Shown here: positions 28,375 through 37,527 of the stretch, piece after piece
Numbering within the stretch: position 1 is the stretch's first letter
Layout: each line of letters opens with the position of its first letter
Source: an uncultured Bacilli bacterium
GTDB taxonomy: Bacteria; Bacillota_I; Bacilli_A; RF39; UBA660
Direction: 5' to 3'
DNA length: 48,856 bases
NCBI GenBank assembly: GCA_947624145.1
Contig: CANQIU010000002.1
Coordinates: forward strand, 1 to 48,856
The notes under the pieces: model-generated
Told to the model about the DNA's origin: nothing
The model's input: only the letters and a program-made list of their open reading frames with translations
Database searches by the model: none
Program-made: the position numbers and the translations under genes

Positions 28375-29095
28375 AATGGATACAAGTATAAAAAGAATAG
28401 GAGCTTATTTTTTAGATATTGTTTTAGTAACATTAGTAACTACTTTATTAATAAATATTAAGTTTATTAATCCTTTACTAGATAGTTATAATGAACATTA
28501 TAGTGAATATAATGAAATTACAGAAGATTATCAAAATAAAAAGATTGAAGAAGATGCTTATAAAAAACAAGTTATTGATTTAAATTATCAAATGAGCAAA
28601 GAATTAGTCATATCTAATTCGATAACTGTTGGAGCACTAATTATTTACTTTGGGATAGTTCAATACTTTTTAGATGGAGAAACTTTAGGTAAAAAAGTCT
28701 TTAAATTAAAAGTAGTAAGTAATAAAGATAAGAAATTAAATATTGGTAATTATTTACTTAGAATGGTTATTTTAAATAATGTTTTATTTAGAATATTATT
28801 AATCGTGGGAGTTTATTTCTTAAATAAAAAGGTATATTATACTTATTCAAGTACAATTAGTTTTATCGAAAGTATTATGGAAACAATTATTATAGTAATG
28901 ATTATTTTAAGAAAAGATAATCGTGGTCTTCATGATTTAATCGCTGGGACTAAAGTTATAAGCTTAAAAGAAAGTGAAGTAATAGAAGATAGTCCTAAAG
29001 AAATAATTGAAGATGTAGTTGTAAAAGAACCTAAAGATAATAAAAAGAATTCTTTAAAGAAACCTACTAAAAATAGAAAAAATAAAGATAATTAG
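28367..29095 (+). CDS. RDD-family membrane protein (start uncertain: 28355, 28367 or 28376)
   Basis: KRIGAYFLDIVLV...G.TLGKKVF.LKVV...RGLHDLIAGT (RDD-domain pattern), with a Lys-rich tail. Confidence 0.6.
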   Translation: MIKMDTSIKRIGAYFLDIVLVTLVTTLLINIKFINPLLDSYNEHYSEYNEITEDYQNKKIEEDAYKKQVIDLNYQMSKELVISNSITVGALIIYFGIVQYFLDGETLGKKVFKLKVVSNKDKKLNIGNYLLRMVILNNVLFRILLIVGVYFLNKKVYYTYSSTISFIESIMETIIIVMIILRKDNRGLHDLIAGTKVISLKESEVIEDSPKEIIEDVVVKEPKDNKKNSLKKPTKNRKNKDN

Positions 29096-29098
29096 TCT

Positions 29099-29302
29099 TT
29101 ATTTTTTTATAATTGTAAATAGTTCATCAATAGTACAATCTAAATAATTACATAAGTCTTCAATATATTTAAAACTAATCGATGTAGTTTCTCCATTAAT
29201 AATGCGATTTAAGTTTCTTGAAGTAATATTCATTTGTTGCTTTAACCAATATTTAGTTTTATTTTTTCTTTTTAATAATTCTACAATATTTACTTTTATC
29301 AT
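29099..29302 (-). CDS. small Cro/C1-type HTH transcriptional regulator
   Basis: MIKVNIVELLKRKNKTKYWLKQQMNITSRNLNRIINGET...IEDLCNYLDCTIDELF. Same short HTH class as 6312-6566. AAAGGA RBS precedes the ATG at 29302. Confidence 0.7.
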   Translation of the reverse strand: MIKVNIVELLKRKNKTKYWLKQQMNITSRNLNRIINGETTSISFKYIEDLCNYLDCTIDELFTIIKK

Positions 29303-29382
29303 ATAAAGTCCTTTCAATAAAATTTTATCGAAAAGGATATTTATAAATAAGATACTTGTATTACCCTATTTTTATAATATAA

Positions 29383-30351
29383 TTAAAAAGAAAGATAGGG
29401 AATATAAGTGAAAAAGTAGGAATAATAGGTATATTATTATTAAGTATAGGGTTAATTATTTATAAAATAGATAAAGTATCAAATAATAAACCCTTAATTG
29501 AAAATAAAACAAATGAAAATAAAATCTTAGCATATTATATTGAAGATAAAGAAGGAAATTATCAAGAAGTAGAAGATAATTCTTGGAATAAATATGGATA
29601 TAAATTAAATAAAGATTTAAGTTATTGTGAAAATGGTAGTACTATTTCTTGGAATGAAAAAACAGAAAAAATAAATTTAAAGATAGATAAAAGTGATAGA
29701 TGTTATGTTTATTTTGATTTTGATGATGAAAATTATATTAGAGATTTAAGTGGAAATAACAACCATGGTAAATATGAAAATATAGTTAGTTTAACAAGCG
29801 AGGGTGTAACCACTAGTGATGAAACTAAAAGTGGTTATGTTGACTGTGGGTTAGCAGGCTATAATTTTAATAATACCGTATCTATCATAACTAGAGTAAA
29901 ATGGAATGCATTAAAAAACGAGGGATATTCAGATATATTAGGTAAAAGATTTTTATATTTTAGTATGGCAAACACTGATACCTATAATGACTTATATATG
30001 CCACATTTTAGAATCTATAATAACAATCAGGAAAGTATTTTTGCTCATGGCAACAAGATAGAAAATGGTAAATGGTATACATTAATTGGAATATATGATG
30101 AAAAGACTTTAACTTTTTGTATTAATAATAATTGCTCGTCTAGTGAATGGCTCAAAGGTATGTACGAAAGTAATTTGCCCATAATTTTAGGTGGTGCTAA
30201 GTCAACTTATGATGACCATGGTTATAATACCTTTAGCGATTTACTTATCTATGATAGAGCTATAACTGAAGAAGAAAAAAATTCTTTTGCAACAGATATG
30301 AACCCTAAAAATACTAATGATTTAATTCTTTGGTATAAATTTATTAAATAA
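29383..30351 (+). pseudogene. membrane-anchored LamG (concanavalin-A-like lectin) domain protein gene lacking an in-frame start; GTG at 29408 is out of frame by one A in an A5 tract
   Basis: An uninterrupted 323-codon frame from 29383 encodes ...KVGIIGILLLSIGLIIYKI (signal anchor), then IRDLSGNNNHGKYEN...KWYTLIGIYDEKTLTFCINN...LLIYDRAITEEE (LamG pattern). No ATG, GTG or TTG occurs in this frame before 29965. GTG AAA AAG TAG at 29408 would join the frame if A5 (29411-29415) were A6. Confidence 0.6.
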
Positions 30352-30421
30352 TAGCTTATTTTTAGTATTTTATCTTTTTCTAATTTATGTTAAGATTAGT
30401 ATATAAGTAAAGGATAGTTTT

Positions 30422-31216
30422 ATGGATAAGGATAGTAAAAAGATAAATGAATTTGAAGATTGGCATGAACCTCAAAAACGCGCTAAAATAATTGTTACAG
30501 TTTTAGTCATACTTATTATATTAGAAATAATAGGTTATTTTAGTTATTATTTCTTTTATTTAAATACGAGTAATTATATTGATAAAGTAGAAAAATATCT
30601 TACTAGTAATAGTTTTAATAATATTGAGTATACGAGTAGTGATAATGAATTAATTAGTTATATAGATAAGTATTTATATATTGATATAGATATATTAGAA
30701 GAAAAAATAGGAATTCCTTTAACTAATGATGATGTTATTTATTTTAAAGATAGATTTATTAAATACTTTTTAGATTCTTTAAAGGAAGGTAATTTAGAAA
30801 CAAGAATAAAAGGTATTAATGAAAAGGAATATAGTATTAAAATAGATAAAGAAACAAGTAAGTTAGTATTAAAAAGATTAAAGAAAAGTATTGAAAAAGA
30901 TGATAGATTAAATAAAATGTTTTATGAATATAATTTAAGAAGTTATTTAAATAAAGAGTTTAATATAAATATTAAGATAAGTGTAGAAACGATATCTAAT
31001 ATAATAAAAAGAATTGATATAGAAGGAAATAATTTTAAAATAGATGGTATATTTAATAAAGATGAATTGTTGTTTAAAGGAAGTATAGAAATAGATAAAG
31101 AAAAGGAAGAGTATACTATTAATTGTAATAAAAAAGATATAGATAAAAGTAATATTAAAATAATAGATAGTATAGAAGATTTATTTAGTTTAATAGGAAT
31201 AGAAGGGATGGATTAA
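30422..31216 (+). CDS. hypothetical membrane-anchored protein
   Basis: 264 aa. One TM segment (IIVTVLVILIILEIIGYFSYYFFYL) after a short cytoplasmic head. Very AT-rich. No family recognised. Confidence 0.55.
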   Translation: MDKDSKKINEFEDWHEPQKRAKIIVTVLVILIILEIIGYFSYYFFYLNTSNYIDKVEKYLTSNSFNNIEYTSSDNELISYIDKYLYIDIDILEEKIGIPLTNDDVIYFKDRFIKYFLDSLKEGNLETRIKGINEKEYSIKIDKETSKLVLKRLKKSIEKDDRLNKMFYEYNLRSYLNKEFNINIKISVETISNIIKRIDIEGNNFKIDGIFNKDELLFKGSIEIDKEKEEYTINCNKKDIDKSNIKIIDSIEDLFSLIGIEGMD

Positions 31217-31218
31217 TA

Positions 31219-32268
31219 ATGGAAAATAAAAGAATTACTTCAATAGATTTATGGAAGTTCTTATTTGTTATAGCAATAGTTATAAACAATATTAATAAGG
31301 TTGTTTGGCAAGAAAAAGGCGTAAGTTTAGTTTTTACGGGTTCTTTATTTGCTTCCTTTTTTATGTTTATATCTGGTTATTTTTTAATGGAACATTTAAA
31401 AAATGATAAAAGTCGGAAAGATTGTTCAATTAAAGCTTTAAATTATACTAAAAAAAGAATTAGTTATGTTTATCCGGCTATGGTTGGGGGAATTACTTTA
31501 GCATTTGTAATTAGAAATATTATTTTAAAAACTAATCTTAGGAGAATATTTAGAGTATTTATGAATTCTTTATTTGAGTTTTTAGGTTTATCTCAAATAG
31601 GAATAAAGGCTTTAAATACGGGGATAACTGGTTTATGGAATGAACCCTTATGGTATTTATCAGCCTTAGTTATTGTTAGTTTTATTCTTTATTATATCTT
31701 AGCTAAAAATGAAGATTTCTTTGTGGGGATTTTAGCTCCAGTTCTAATTATCATAAATTTTGCTTTAAATAGTTATCAAGATTTCGCTTTTCCTTTAAGT
31801 CTTCTAAGAGTAGCTACTGGTTTAACAATTGGGATATTATCCTATTATGTTGTTAATTATTTTAAAAAGAAAAAGTTTAGTGAAACATTAATGATGGTCT
31901 TTAGTATCTTGCATATTGCTTTAGCGATGTTCTTTATTTATACATCTTACACTGGGTTTTCTTGGAATTATTATGCCTATGCATTCTTAATGTTAATCTT
32001 TGCTATTGTTTTACTTGTTAATAAAGACTATGTGGCGGTTTTATATAATGATAGTTCTCTTTGTTATTTTTTAGGAAGATTAACTTTATATTTTTATTGT
32101 TCTCATATTGGTTTTGCTTATCTTTTAGCTTGGATGTTCCCATCTATGAGTTATCCTGCTAGTATCATCTTTAATCTATTATTCACCGGTTGTTGGTCAT
32201 TTATTATGATGTATGTTGATGATTATGTAATAAGTCCTTTGTTTCGTAAAAAAAACGCAAAAATATAG
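31219..32268 (+). CDS. acyltransferase-3-family integral membrane protein
   Basis: 349 aa, about 10 TM segments. The N-terminal ITSIDLWKFLFVIAIV resembles the acyltransferase_3 opening motif (.D.lR..a...V). Start lies 2 nt after the upstream stop. Confidence 0.55.
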   Translation: MENKRITSIDLWKFLFVIAIVINNINKVVWQEKGVSLVFTGSLFASFFMFISGYFLMEHLKNDKSRKDCSIKALNYTKKRISYVYPAMVGGITLAFVIRNIILKTNLRRIFRVFMNSLFEFLGLSQIGIKALNTGITGLWNEPLWYLSALVIVSFILYYILAKNEDFFVGILAPVLIIINFALNSYQDFAFPLSLLRVATGLTIGILSYYVVNYFKKKKFSETLMMVFSILHIALAMFFIYTSYTGFSWNYYAYAFLMLIFAIVLLVNKDYVAVLYNDSSLCYFLGRLTLYFYCSHIGFAYLLAWMFPSMSYPASIIFNLLFTGCWSFIMMYVDDYVISPLFRKKNAKI

Positions 32269-32277
32269 GAAAATTTA

Positions 32278-32306
32278 TTGATTAAAGAACATATATTTGT
32301 TATAAT
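32278..32306 (+). promoter_or_regulatory. candidate sigma-A promoter of rpsF-ssb-rpsR
   Basis: TTGATT (32278-32283), a 17-bp spacer, then TGtTATAAT (32298-32306). A leader of about 75 nt with small hairpins follows (CTTCA...TGAAG). Confidence 0.55.
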
Positions 32307-32385
32307 AACTAGCGAGTAAAGGAAATTACTCCTTGCTTCAGTTTAATATTGAAGCCGAATAGACCGTGAGGAGGTGGACCCAAGA

Positions 32386-32676
32386 ATGACTAAGTATGAA
32401 ATTATGTTTATTGTTAAAGCAACCATGGAAGAAAACGACATTAAAAAATGTGCCGAAGATATTCAAAAATTAATTAACATTAAACCATCTAAAGTTATTG
32501 AATTCAAAGAAATGGGTAGAAAGAAGTTAGCTTATCCAATTAAGAAAGAATTAAGCGGATACTATTATGTTATGACCGTAGAAGCTACCCATGAAACGAT
32601 TAAAGAATTTGATCGAAAGATTTCAATTAACGAAAAAGTTTTAAGACATTTAATTATTAAATTAGAAAGTGAGTAA
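32386..32676 (+). CDS. rpsF: 30S ribosomal protein S6
   Basis: MTKYEIMFIVKA...GRKKLAYPIKK...GYY. GAGGAGGTGG RBS precedes the ATG at 32386. Confidence 0.93.
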   Translation: MTKYEIMFIVKATMEENDIKKCAEDIQKLINIKPSKVIEFKEMGRKKLAYPIKKELSGYYYVMTVEATHETIKEFDRKISINEKVLRHLIIKLESE

Positions 32677-32678
32677 TA

Positions 32679-33170
32679 ATGAATAAAGTAATTTTAACAG
32701 GAAGATTAACAAGAGATCCTGAATCAAGAATGAGTCAAAGTAATATGGAAGTATCCAGATTTTCTTTAGCTTGTCAAAGCGATTTTGTGAATAAAGATGG
32801 CCAAAGAGATACCGAATTTATTAATTGTGTTGCTTTTGGTCGCTTAGCTAATACGATTAATCGTTTTTGTAAAAAAGGAACGATGATTGGCGCGCAAGGA
32901 AGAATCCGTAATGGGAGTTATGATGCGCAAGATGGAACTAAAAGATATACAACTGATGTTGTAGTTGATCAAATGGAATTTTTAAGTTCTCGAAATAGTA
33001 ATAGTGAAAACAGCAGTTACGAAAATAATTCTTATAGTAGCAATAATGTTAGTAGCTATAGTCCTGAAGAAAATGCGATGGATAATATTGAAACAACTGA
33101 TTTAACCGAAGATCCATATAAAAACTTTGGCGAAGAAGTTACTTTAAGTAGTGATGATTTACCATTTTAA
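32679..33170 (+). CDS. ssb: single-stranded DNA-binding protein
   Basis: MNKVILTGRLTRDPE...FINCVAFGRLA. Low-complexity Ser/Asn linker and an acidic tip ending in DDLPF. Confidence 0.93.
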   Translation: MNKVILTGRLTRDPESRMSQSNMEVSRFSLACQSDFVNKDGQRDTEFINCVAFGRLANTINRFCKKGTMIGAQGRIRNGSYDAQDGTKRYTTDVVVDQMEFLSSRNSNSENSSYENNSYSSNNVSSYSPEENAMDNIETTDLTEDPYKNFGEEVTLSSDDLPF

Positions 33171-33188
33171 TTAAAGGAGGAATGTATA

Positions 33189-33407
33189 ATGGCAGCCGAA
33201 TTTCATCGAAAGAAAAAGAAGATATGTCAAATGTGTGCTGGTAAAAGTATAGATTATAAAGATACAATGATTATTTCCAAATATATAAATGAAAAAGGAA
33301 AGATATTACCAAGAAGAATGACTGGTGCTTGTGCTAAACATCAAAGACATATTGCAGAACAAGTTAAATATTCAAGATTTATGGCTTTAACACCATTTGT
33401 TAAGTAA
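33189..33407 (+). CDS. rpsR: 30S ribosomal protein S18
   Basis: IDYKD...LSKYI.E.GKILPRR.TG.CAKHQR.IA..VK.SR.MAL.PF. Confidence 0.93.
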   Translation: MAAEFHRKKKKICQMCAGKSIDYKDTMIISKYINEKGKILPRRMTGACAKHQRHIAEQVKYSRFMALTPFVK

Positions 33408-33434
33408 TCAAGATTGAAAGATCTTGATTTTTTT
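33407..33434 (+). terminator. rho-independent terminator after rpsR
   Basis: ATCAAGAT (33407-33414) pairs with ATCTTGAT (33421-33428), followed by a T7 run. Confidence 0.65.
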
Positions 33435-33469
33435 AATAAAAGAATATTAATTAATTCGTCTAAATTCAT

Positions 33470-34012
33470 TTAAAATACCTCTCTTTGAATAACTTCTGAT
33501 AAGTTTATATCATTTTTAAAAAGGGATAAATATTCTTCAACTTTTTGCATATCTAATTCATCAACTATTTCTCGATAATTAGAGATTATTTCTTTATAAT
33601 AATCAAACGGAATTTTATTTCTCTTTCTTATTATTTCAACTAATAGTCTTTCTTTATTATACATATATACATCGCAATCATCGATTTTAACTTTTTCTTT
33701 GCCGGCATTTAATATTTCTTTTCGCATAAATATTTGGGATATTTTATTATTTTTAATAGTTCGATAGTTACTAGGTGTGGCGATAAATATTTTATTAGGT
33801 ATAACATCTGTTAAATTATAAAAGTAAAAAGCTGTATCCATTGTTATTACCCCTGATGGATATTTTTTTGAATAAATAATTAAGGGATTTAATGTTTTTT
33901 TATCAGAGTAGATTCCCCTTTCTACTTTAAATATTTTCTTTTTATCTAAGGCTTTCTTTAGATTGTATCTATTACCATATTTTTTTATAACTTCAAAATA
34001 TACGTAAATCAT
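33470..34012 (-). CDS. AbiEi-like (type IV toxin-antitoxin antitoxin family) DNA-binding protein, with no AbiEii partner
   Basis: 180 aa. KKIFKVERGIYSD followed by YPSGVITMDTAFYFYNLTDVIPNKIFIATP matches the AbiEi pattern (..G.l.rv.rGvY.., then ..vis..sAl..hgLtd.iP). GAGGTGAG RBS. Confidence 0.5.
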   Translation of the reverse strand: MIYVYFEVIKKYGNRYNLKKALDKKKIFKVERGIYSDKKTLNPLIIYSKKYPSGVITMDTAFYFYNLTDVIPNKIFIATPSNYRTIKNNKISQIFMRKEILNAGKEKVKIDDCDVYMYNKERLLVEIIRKRNKIPFDYYKEIISNYREIVDELDMQKVEEYLSLFKNDINLSEVIQREVF

Positions 34013-34040
34013 TTTTTCTCACCTCGTTTTTTATTTTAGT

Positions 34041-34079
34041 ATAATGTCGGGTAAAAATCAATAATTTACCCGACATTAT
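34041..34079. promoter_or_regulatory. 15-bp perfect inverted repeat immediately upstream of the AbiEi-like gene
   Basis: ATAATGTCGGGTAAA (34041-34055), 9 nt, then TTTACCCGACATTAT (34065-34079). It lies 29-67 nt upstream of the start at 34012. It is locally GC-rich in an AT-rich spacer. Confidence 0.5.
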
Positions 34080-34178
34080 GCTAAAATAAATTATAACTTA
34101 AATAAATAAAAAAGCTGTAATTGTAGTGCCTAGTCATTTAAAAATTTTTATGTTATAATAAGGTACACGAGGTGCATA

Positions 34179-34619
34179 ATGAAAGTTATTTTATTAAAAG
34201 ATGTTAAATCGCAAGGAAAAAAAGATGATATTATAAATGTTTCTGATGGTTATGCTAATAACTATTTAATTAAAAATGGTTTAGCGGTAGCTTATTCTAA
34301 AACCAGTAAAAATATTTTAGATCAAGAAATAAAAGTAAAAGAAGAAAAAGAAGAAGAAATAATTAAAAATTGTAATGAAATAAAGAAAAAATTAGAAGAT
34401 AAGACATTTGATTTTAAAGTAAAGACTGGAGCGCAAGATAAAGTTTTTGGCACCGTCTCAAGTAAACAAATAAGCGATAAGCTTAAAACATTAGGTTATA
34501 ATGTTGATAAAAGATTAATAAAAATAGATAATCCGATTAGTACTTTAGGAGTTACTAAAGTAGAAATAGAATTACATAAGAAAGTTAAGTTTTGGATAAA
34601 TATAAATTTAGTTAAGTAG
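34179..34619 (+). CDS. rplI: 50S ribosomal protein L9
   Basis: [36 protein letters not shown]. Confidence 0.93.
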   Translation: MKVILLKDVKSQGKKDDIINVSDGYANNYLIKNGLAVAYSKTSKNILDQEIKVKEEKEEEIIKNCNEIKKKLEDKTFDFKVKTGAQDKVFGTVSSKQISDKLKTLGYNVDKRLIKIDNPISTLGVTKVEIELHKKVKFWININLVK

Positions 34620-34627
34620 GTGAATTT

Positions 34628-35965
34628 ATGGCTAGAAGAATGCCTCAAAATTTAGAAGCAGAAATGAGTGTCTTAGGGGTTGCTTTTATTGATCCTGAGA
34701 GTGTTAATAAAATAGTTGAAGAAGTAACGGTTGAGATGTTTTTAGATGAAAGAAACAAGTTTCTTTTTGATGCTCTAAAAAGCTTGCATGATAGTAAAAC
34801 GCCGATTGATATTATGACTGTTAAAAATGAGTTAGATAAAACTAAGCATTTAAATAGTGTGGGGTTAGAATATTTATCAGAGGTTATTGATTCGGTTGTT
34901 ACAAGTGCTAATTTAGATTATTATATTAAGATTATAAAAGACCATGCGGTAAGAAGAAGTCTAATAAATACAACGACGGAAATTGCCACCGAAGCTTATG
35001 AAAATGAAGATGTATCATCATTATTAGATCGGGCCGAAAGAGATATTTTAAATGTAGTTAGAAATCGAACGGTGGGAGACTTTTTACCTATTCAAGAAGT
35101 TTTAAGAAGAGCCCAAGCTAAATTAGAAGAACTAGCTAAAAATAAAAGAGCAATCACTGGGATTGAAACCGGATTTATTGATTTTGATAAGTTATCGACT
35201 GGCTTTCAAGGTGGGGAACTTATTATCATGGCTGCGCGTCCTGGGATGGGAAAAACAGCACTAGCTCTTAATATGGCTACTTATGCGGCAGGAACTACTA
35301 AAAAAGCTATTGCTATTTTTAACTTAGAAATGTCCGCGGATATGCTTGTTAACCGGATGATTAGTTCAGTAGGACAAATTGATGGCTACAAATTACAAAC
35401 TGGACAAATGCAAGAAAGAGATTGGAAAAGATATAATGAAGCTTTATCACAACTTGCGGATACTAATATATATATTGAAGATAATACAGGGATAACTATT
35501 TCCGAAATTAGAGCAAAATGTCGAAGACTTGCTACTTCTAAGGAAGGCTTAGGCCTCGTTGTAATCGATTACTTACAACTTGTTACAACGGGTAATAAAA
35601 GAGTCGAATCAAGACAAGTGGAAGTATCAGAAATCTCCAGATCATTAAAAACTATGGCTATTGAATTAAATGTACCAGTTTTAGCTTTAGCCCAATTATC
35701 CCGTAGTGCGGAAAAAAGAGAAAGCAACGAACCAATGCTAGCCGACTTAAGAGAATCTGGTTCTTTGGAACAAGATGCCGACATGGTTTTATTTATTAAC
35801 CGTAAAGATTATTATGATAAAAATAAAGACAAAGACCAAAGAATTGTCCCAGCCGAATTAGTCATTGCTAAGCATCGTAAAGGAGCTCAAGGAAGAGTTG
35901 ATCTTTTATTTGAACTTAGTATGGGTAGTTTTAAAAATGTTTTAAAAACAAATGAGGAAGAGTAA
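34628..35965 (+). CDS. dnaB: replicative DNA helicase (DnaB family; called DnaC in Bacillus)
   Basis: PQNLEAEMSVLG, GELIIMAARPGMGKTA (Walker A), VIDYLQL, LAQLSR..E.R, DLRESGS.EQDAD. Confidence 0.95.
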   Translation: MARRMPQNLEAEMSVLGVAFIDPESVNKIVEEVTVEMFLDERNKFLFDALKSLHDSKTPIDIMTVKNELDKTKHLNSVGLEYLSEVIDSVVTSANLDYYIKIIKDHAVRRSLINTTTEIATEAYENEDVSSLLDRAERDILNVVRNRTVGDFLPIQEVLRRAQAKLEELAKNKRAITGIETGFIDFDKLSTGFQGGELIIMAARPGMGKTALALNMATYAAGTTKKAIAIFNLEMSADMLVNRMISSVGQIDGYKLQTGQMQERDWKRYNEALSQLADTNIYIEDNTGITISEIRAKCRRLATSKEGLGLVVIDYLQLVTTGNKRVESRQVEVSEISRSLKTMAIELNVPVLALAQLSRSAEKRESNEPMLADLRESGSLEQDADMVLFINRKDYYDKNKDKDQRIVPAELVIAKHRKGAQGRVDLLFELSMGSFKNVLKTNEEE

Positions 35966-35967
35966 GA

Positions 35968-37527
35968 ATGAAGAAAAATATAATAATATCGATTATTTTA
36001 TCTTTAATAGTGATCTTTTTATTTAGTTTAGATAAACTATATTCTAATAATTATCAAAAAGCTCAAGTAGGTTATAACGTTTATTTAGGTGATAAATTAG
36101 TTGGGATGATAAAAGATGATAAAAGATTATATAATATTATTGATGAAGAACAAGAAGAATTAAAAAATAAATATAATGTAGATACTATTTATCCTCCTAA
36201 TGATTTTAATTTAGTAAAAGTTAATACTTTTAAAAATAATTTTATGGATGAAAATGAAGTTTATCAAAAAATAGCCTCTTTAGATAATTTTATGGTAAAA
36301 GGTTATATTATCACTATTAAGTTTGTTTCCGAAGAAGATGAAGAAAGTGGGAATGTTACAACCGCGGATGATTTAATTATTAATGTTTTAGATAAAGATG
36401 TTTTTGAAAAAGCCATTGAAGACTTTGTTTATTCTTTTGTAGGAAAAGATGAATTAAATAAATATTTAAATGATGAACAAGAAAAGTTAACAGATATTGG
36501 TCAATTAATTAATTTAATGTATTTTAATGAATCTATTACAATTAAAGAAGGGTTAATTAATTCTAGTGCTAAAATATTTACGGATGTTAAAGAATTAAGT
36601 CAATATTTATTATTTGGACCTAATGCAAAAATGTCTAGTTATACAGTAAAACTAGGCGATGATATTGAATCAATTAGTGATGCGCATAAATTAAATGCTC
36701 AAGAGTTTTTAGTCGCTAATCCTACTTATCGAGATGAAAAAGCCATCTTAAAAGTTGGAGATAATGTTAACGTCACAGTTTTAAATCCTATCTTAACTTT
36801 TGTTTATGAAGTAGAAGCAATTGAAGAAGTTACAATTCCTTTTAGTGAAACAACTGTTGTGGATAAGACTAAACCAGTAGGTTATTCCGAAATAACGCAA
36901 GCGGGTGTTCCTGGGTTAACCAAAAACTATGAAAATTATCGAGTTATTAATGGTGAACAATCGCAAGAAATGTATATTGAACCAACTATTATAAGAGAAA
37001 AGGTTGATCAAGTAAGAACAGTTGGACCAACATACAAGCCATCTGGAGGTGGTTCTTCTGGCGATCAAGTTATCTTAGAAGGCACATTTACCTGGCCGAC
37101 TAATGAACCAAGCGTTATTACAAGTAAGTATAAATGGCGAAGTTTAAATGGGGTATCAAAGATGCATGAAGGCATCGATATTTCGGGAACTGGTTATAAT
37201 TCGCCTATCTATGCTATCGCGGATGGAGAAGTTGTCATCACTAAATTAGCGGCTCCTAAAGGATCTTCTCAATGGTCAAATGGAACCTATGTCGTTATTA
37301 AACATAATGATAATTTATATTCAGCGTATCTGCATTTAGCTAGCTTTAGCGTTAAAGTTGGGGATCATGTAACGAAGGGTCAAAGAATAGCTTCAATGGG
37401 CCACAGTGGTTATGCGACTGGTACGCACCTTCACTTAGGTTTATGGAATGGCTTACCATACTCAGGAACCGGGGCCACTTCATTAGATCCTTTAAAATCA
37501 ATCCCAGCCTTTAGGAACCACCGATGA
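35968..37527 (+). CDS. membrane-anchored M23 peptidoglycan endopeptidase with LysM and G5 domains
   Basis: N-terminal TM segment. LysM (YTVKLGDDIESISDAHKLNAQEFLVANP). G5 (VGYSEITQAGVPGLTK...VRTVG). M23 core (HEGIDISG...YLHLASF.VKVGD.V.KGQ.I...G.SG.ATGTHLHLG). Confidence 0.85.
   Translation: MKKNIIISIILSLIVIFLFSLDKLYSNNYQKAQVGYNVYLGDKLVGMIKDDKRLYNIIDEEQEELKNKYNVDTIYPPNDFNLVKVNTFKNNFMDENEVYQKIASLDNFMVKGYIITIKFVSEEDEESGNVTTADDLIINVLDKDVFEKAIEDFVYSFVGKDELNKYLNDEQEKLTDIGQLINLMYFNESITIKEGLINSSAKIFTDVKELSQYLLFGPNAKMSSYTVKLGDDIESISDAHKLNAQEFLVANPTYRDEKAILKVGDNVNVTVLNPILTFVYEVEAIEEVTIPFSETTVVDKTKPVGYSEITQAGVPGLTKNYENYRVINGEQSQEMYIEPTIIREKVDQVRTVGPTYKPSGGGSSGDQVILEGTFTWPTNEPSVITSKYKWRSLNGVSKMHEGIDISGTGYNSPIYAIADGEVVITKLAAPKGSSQWSNGTYVVIKHNDNLYSAYLHLASFSVKVGDHVTKGQRIASMGHSGYATGTHLHLGLWNGLPYSGTGATSLDPLKSIPAFRNHR

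Noticed and set aside
29338-29349. 12-bp palindrome TATTTATAAATA between the HTH gene and the LamG gene as an operator.
   Set aside because: It is composed only of A/T in a very AT-rich spacer. Such palindromes are expected by chance, and it has no second copy.
30383-30398. Identical 16-mer ATTTATGTTAAGATTA upstream of two unrelated genes (30383-30398 and 46919-46934).
   Set aside because: Most of it is the extended -10 consensus that this genome uses repeatedly: TATGTTAnAAT also precedes soj, rplI and the fem cluster. The flanks diverge immediately. It is probably promoter convergence, not a shared mobile sequence or operator.
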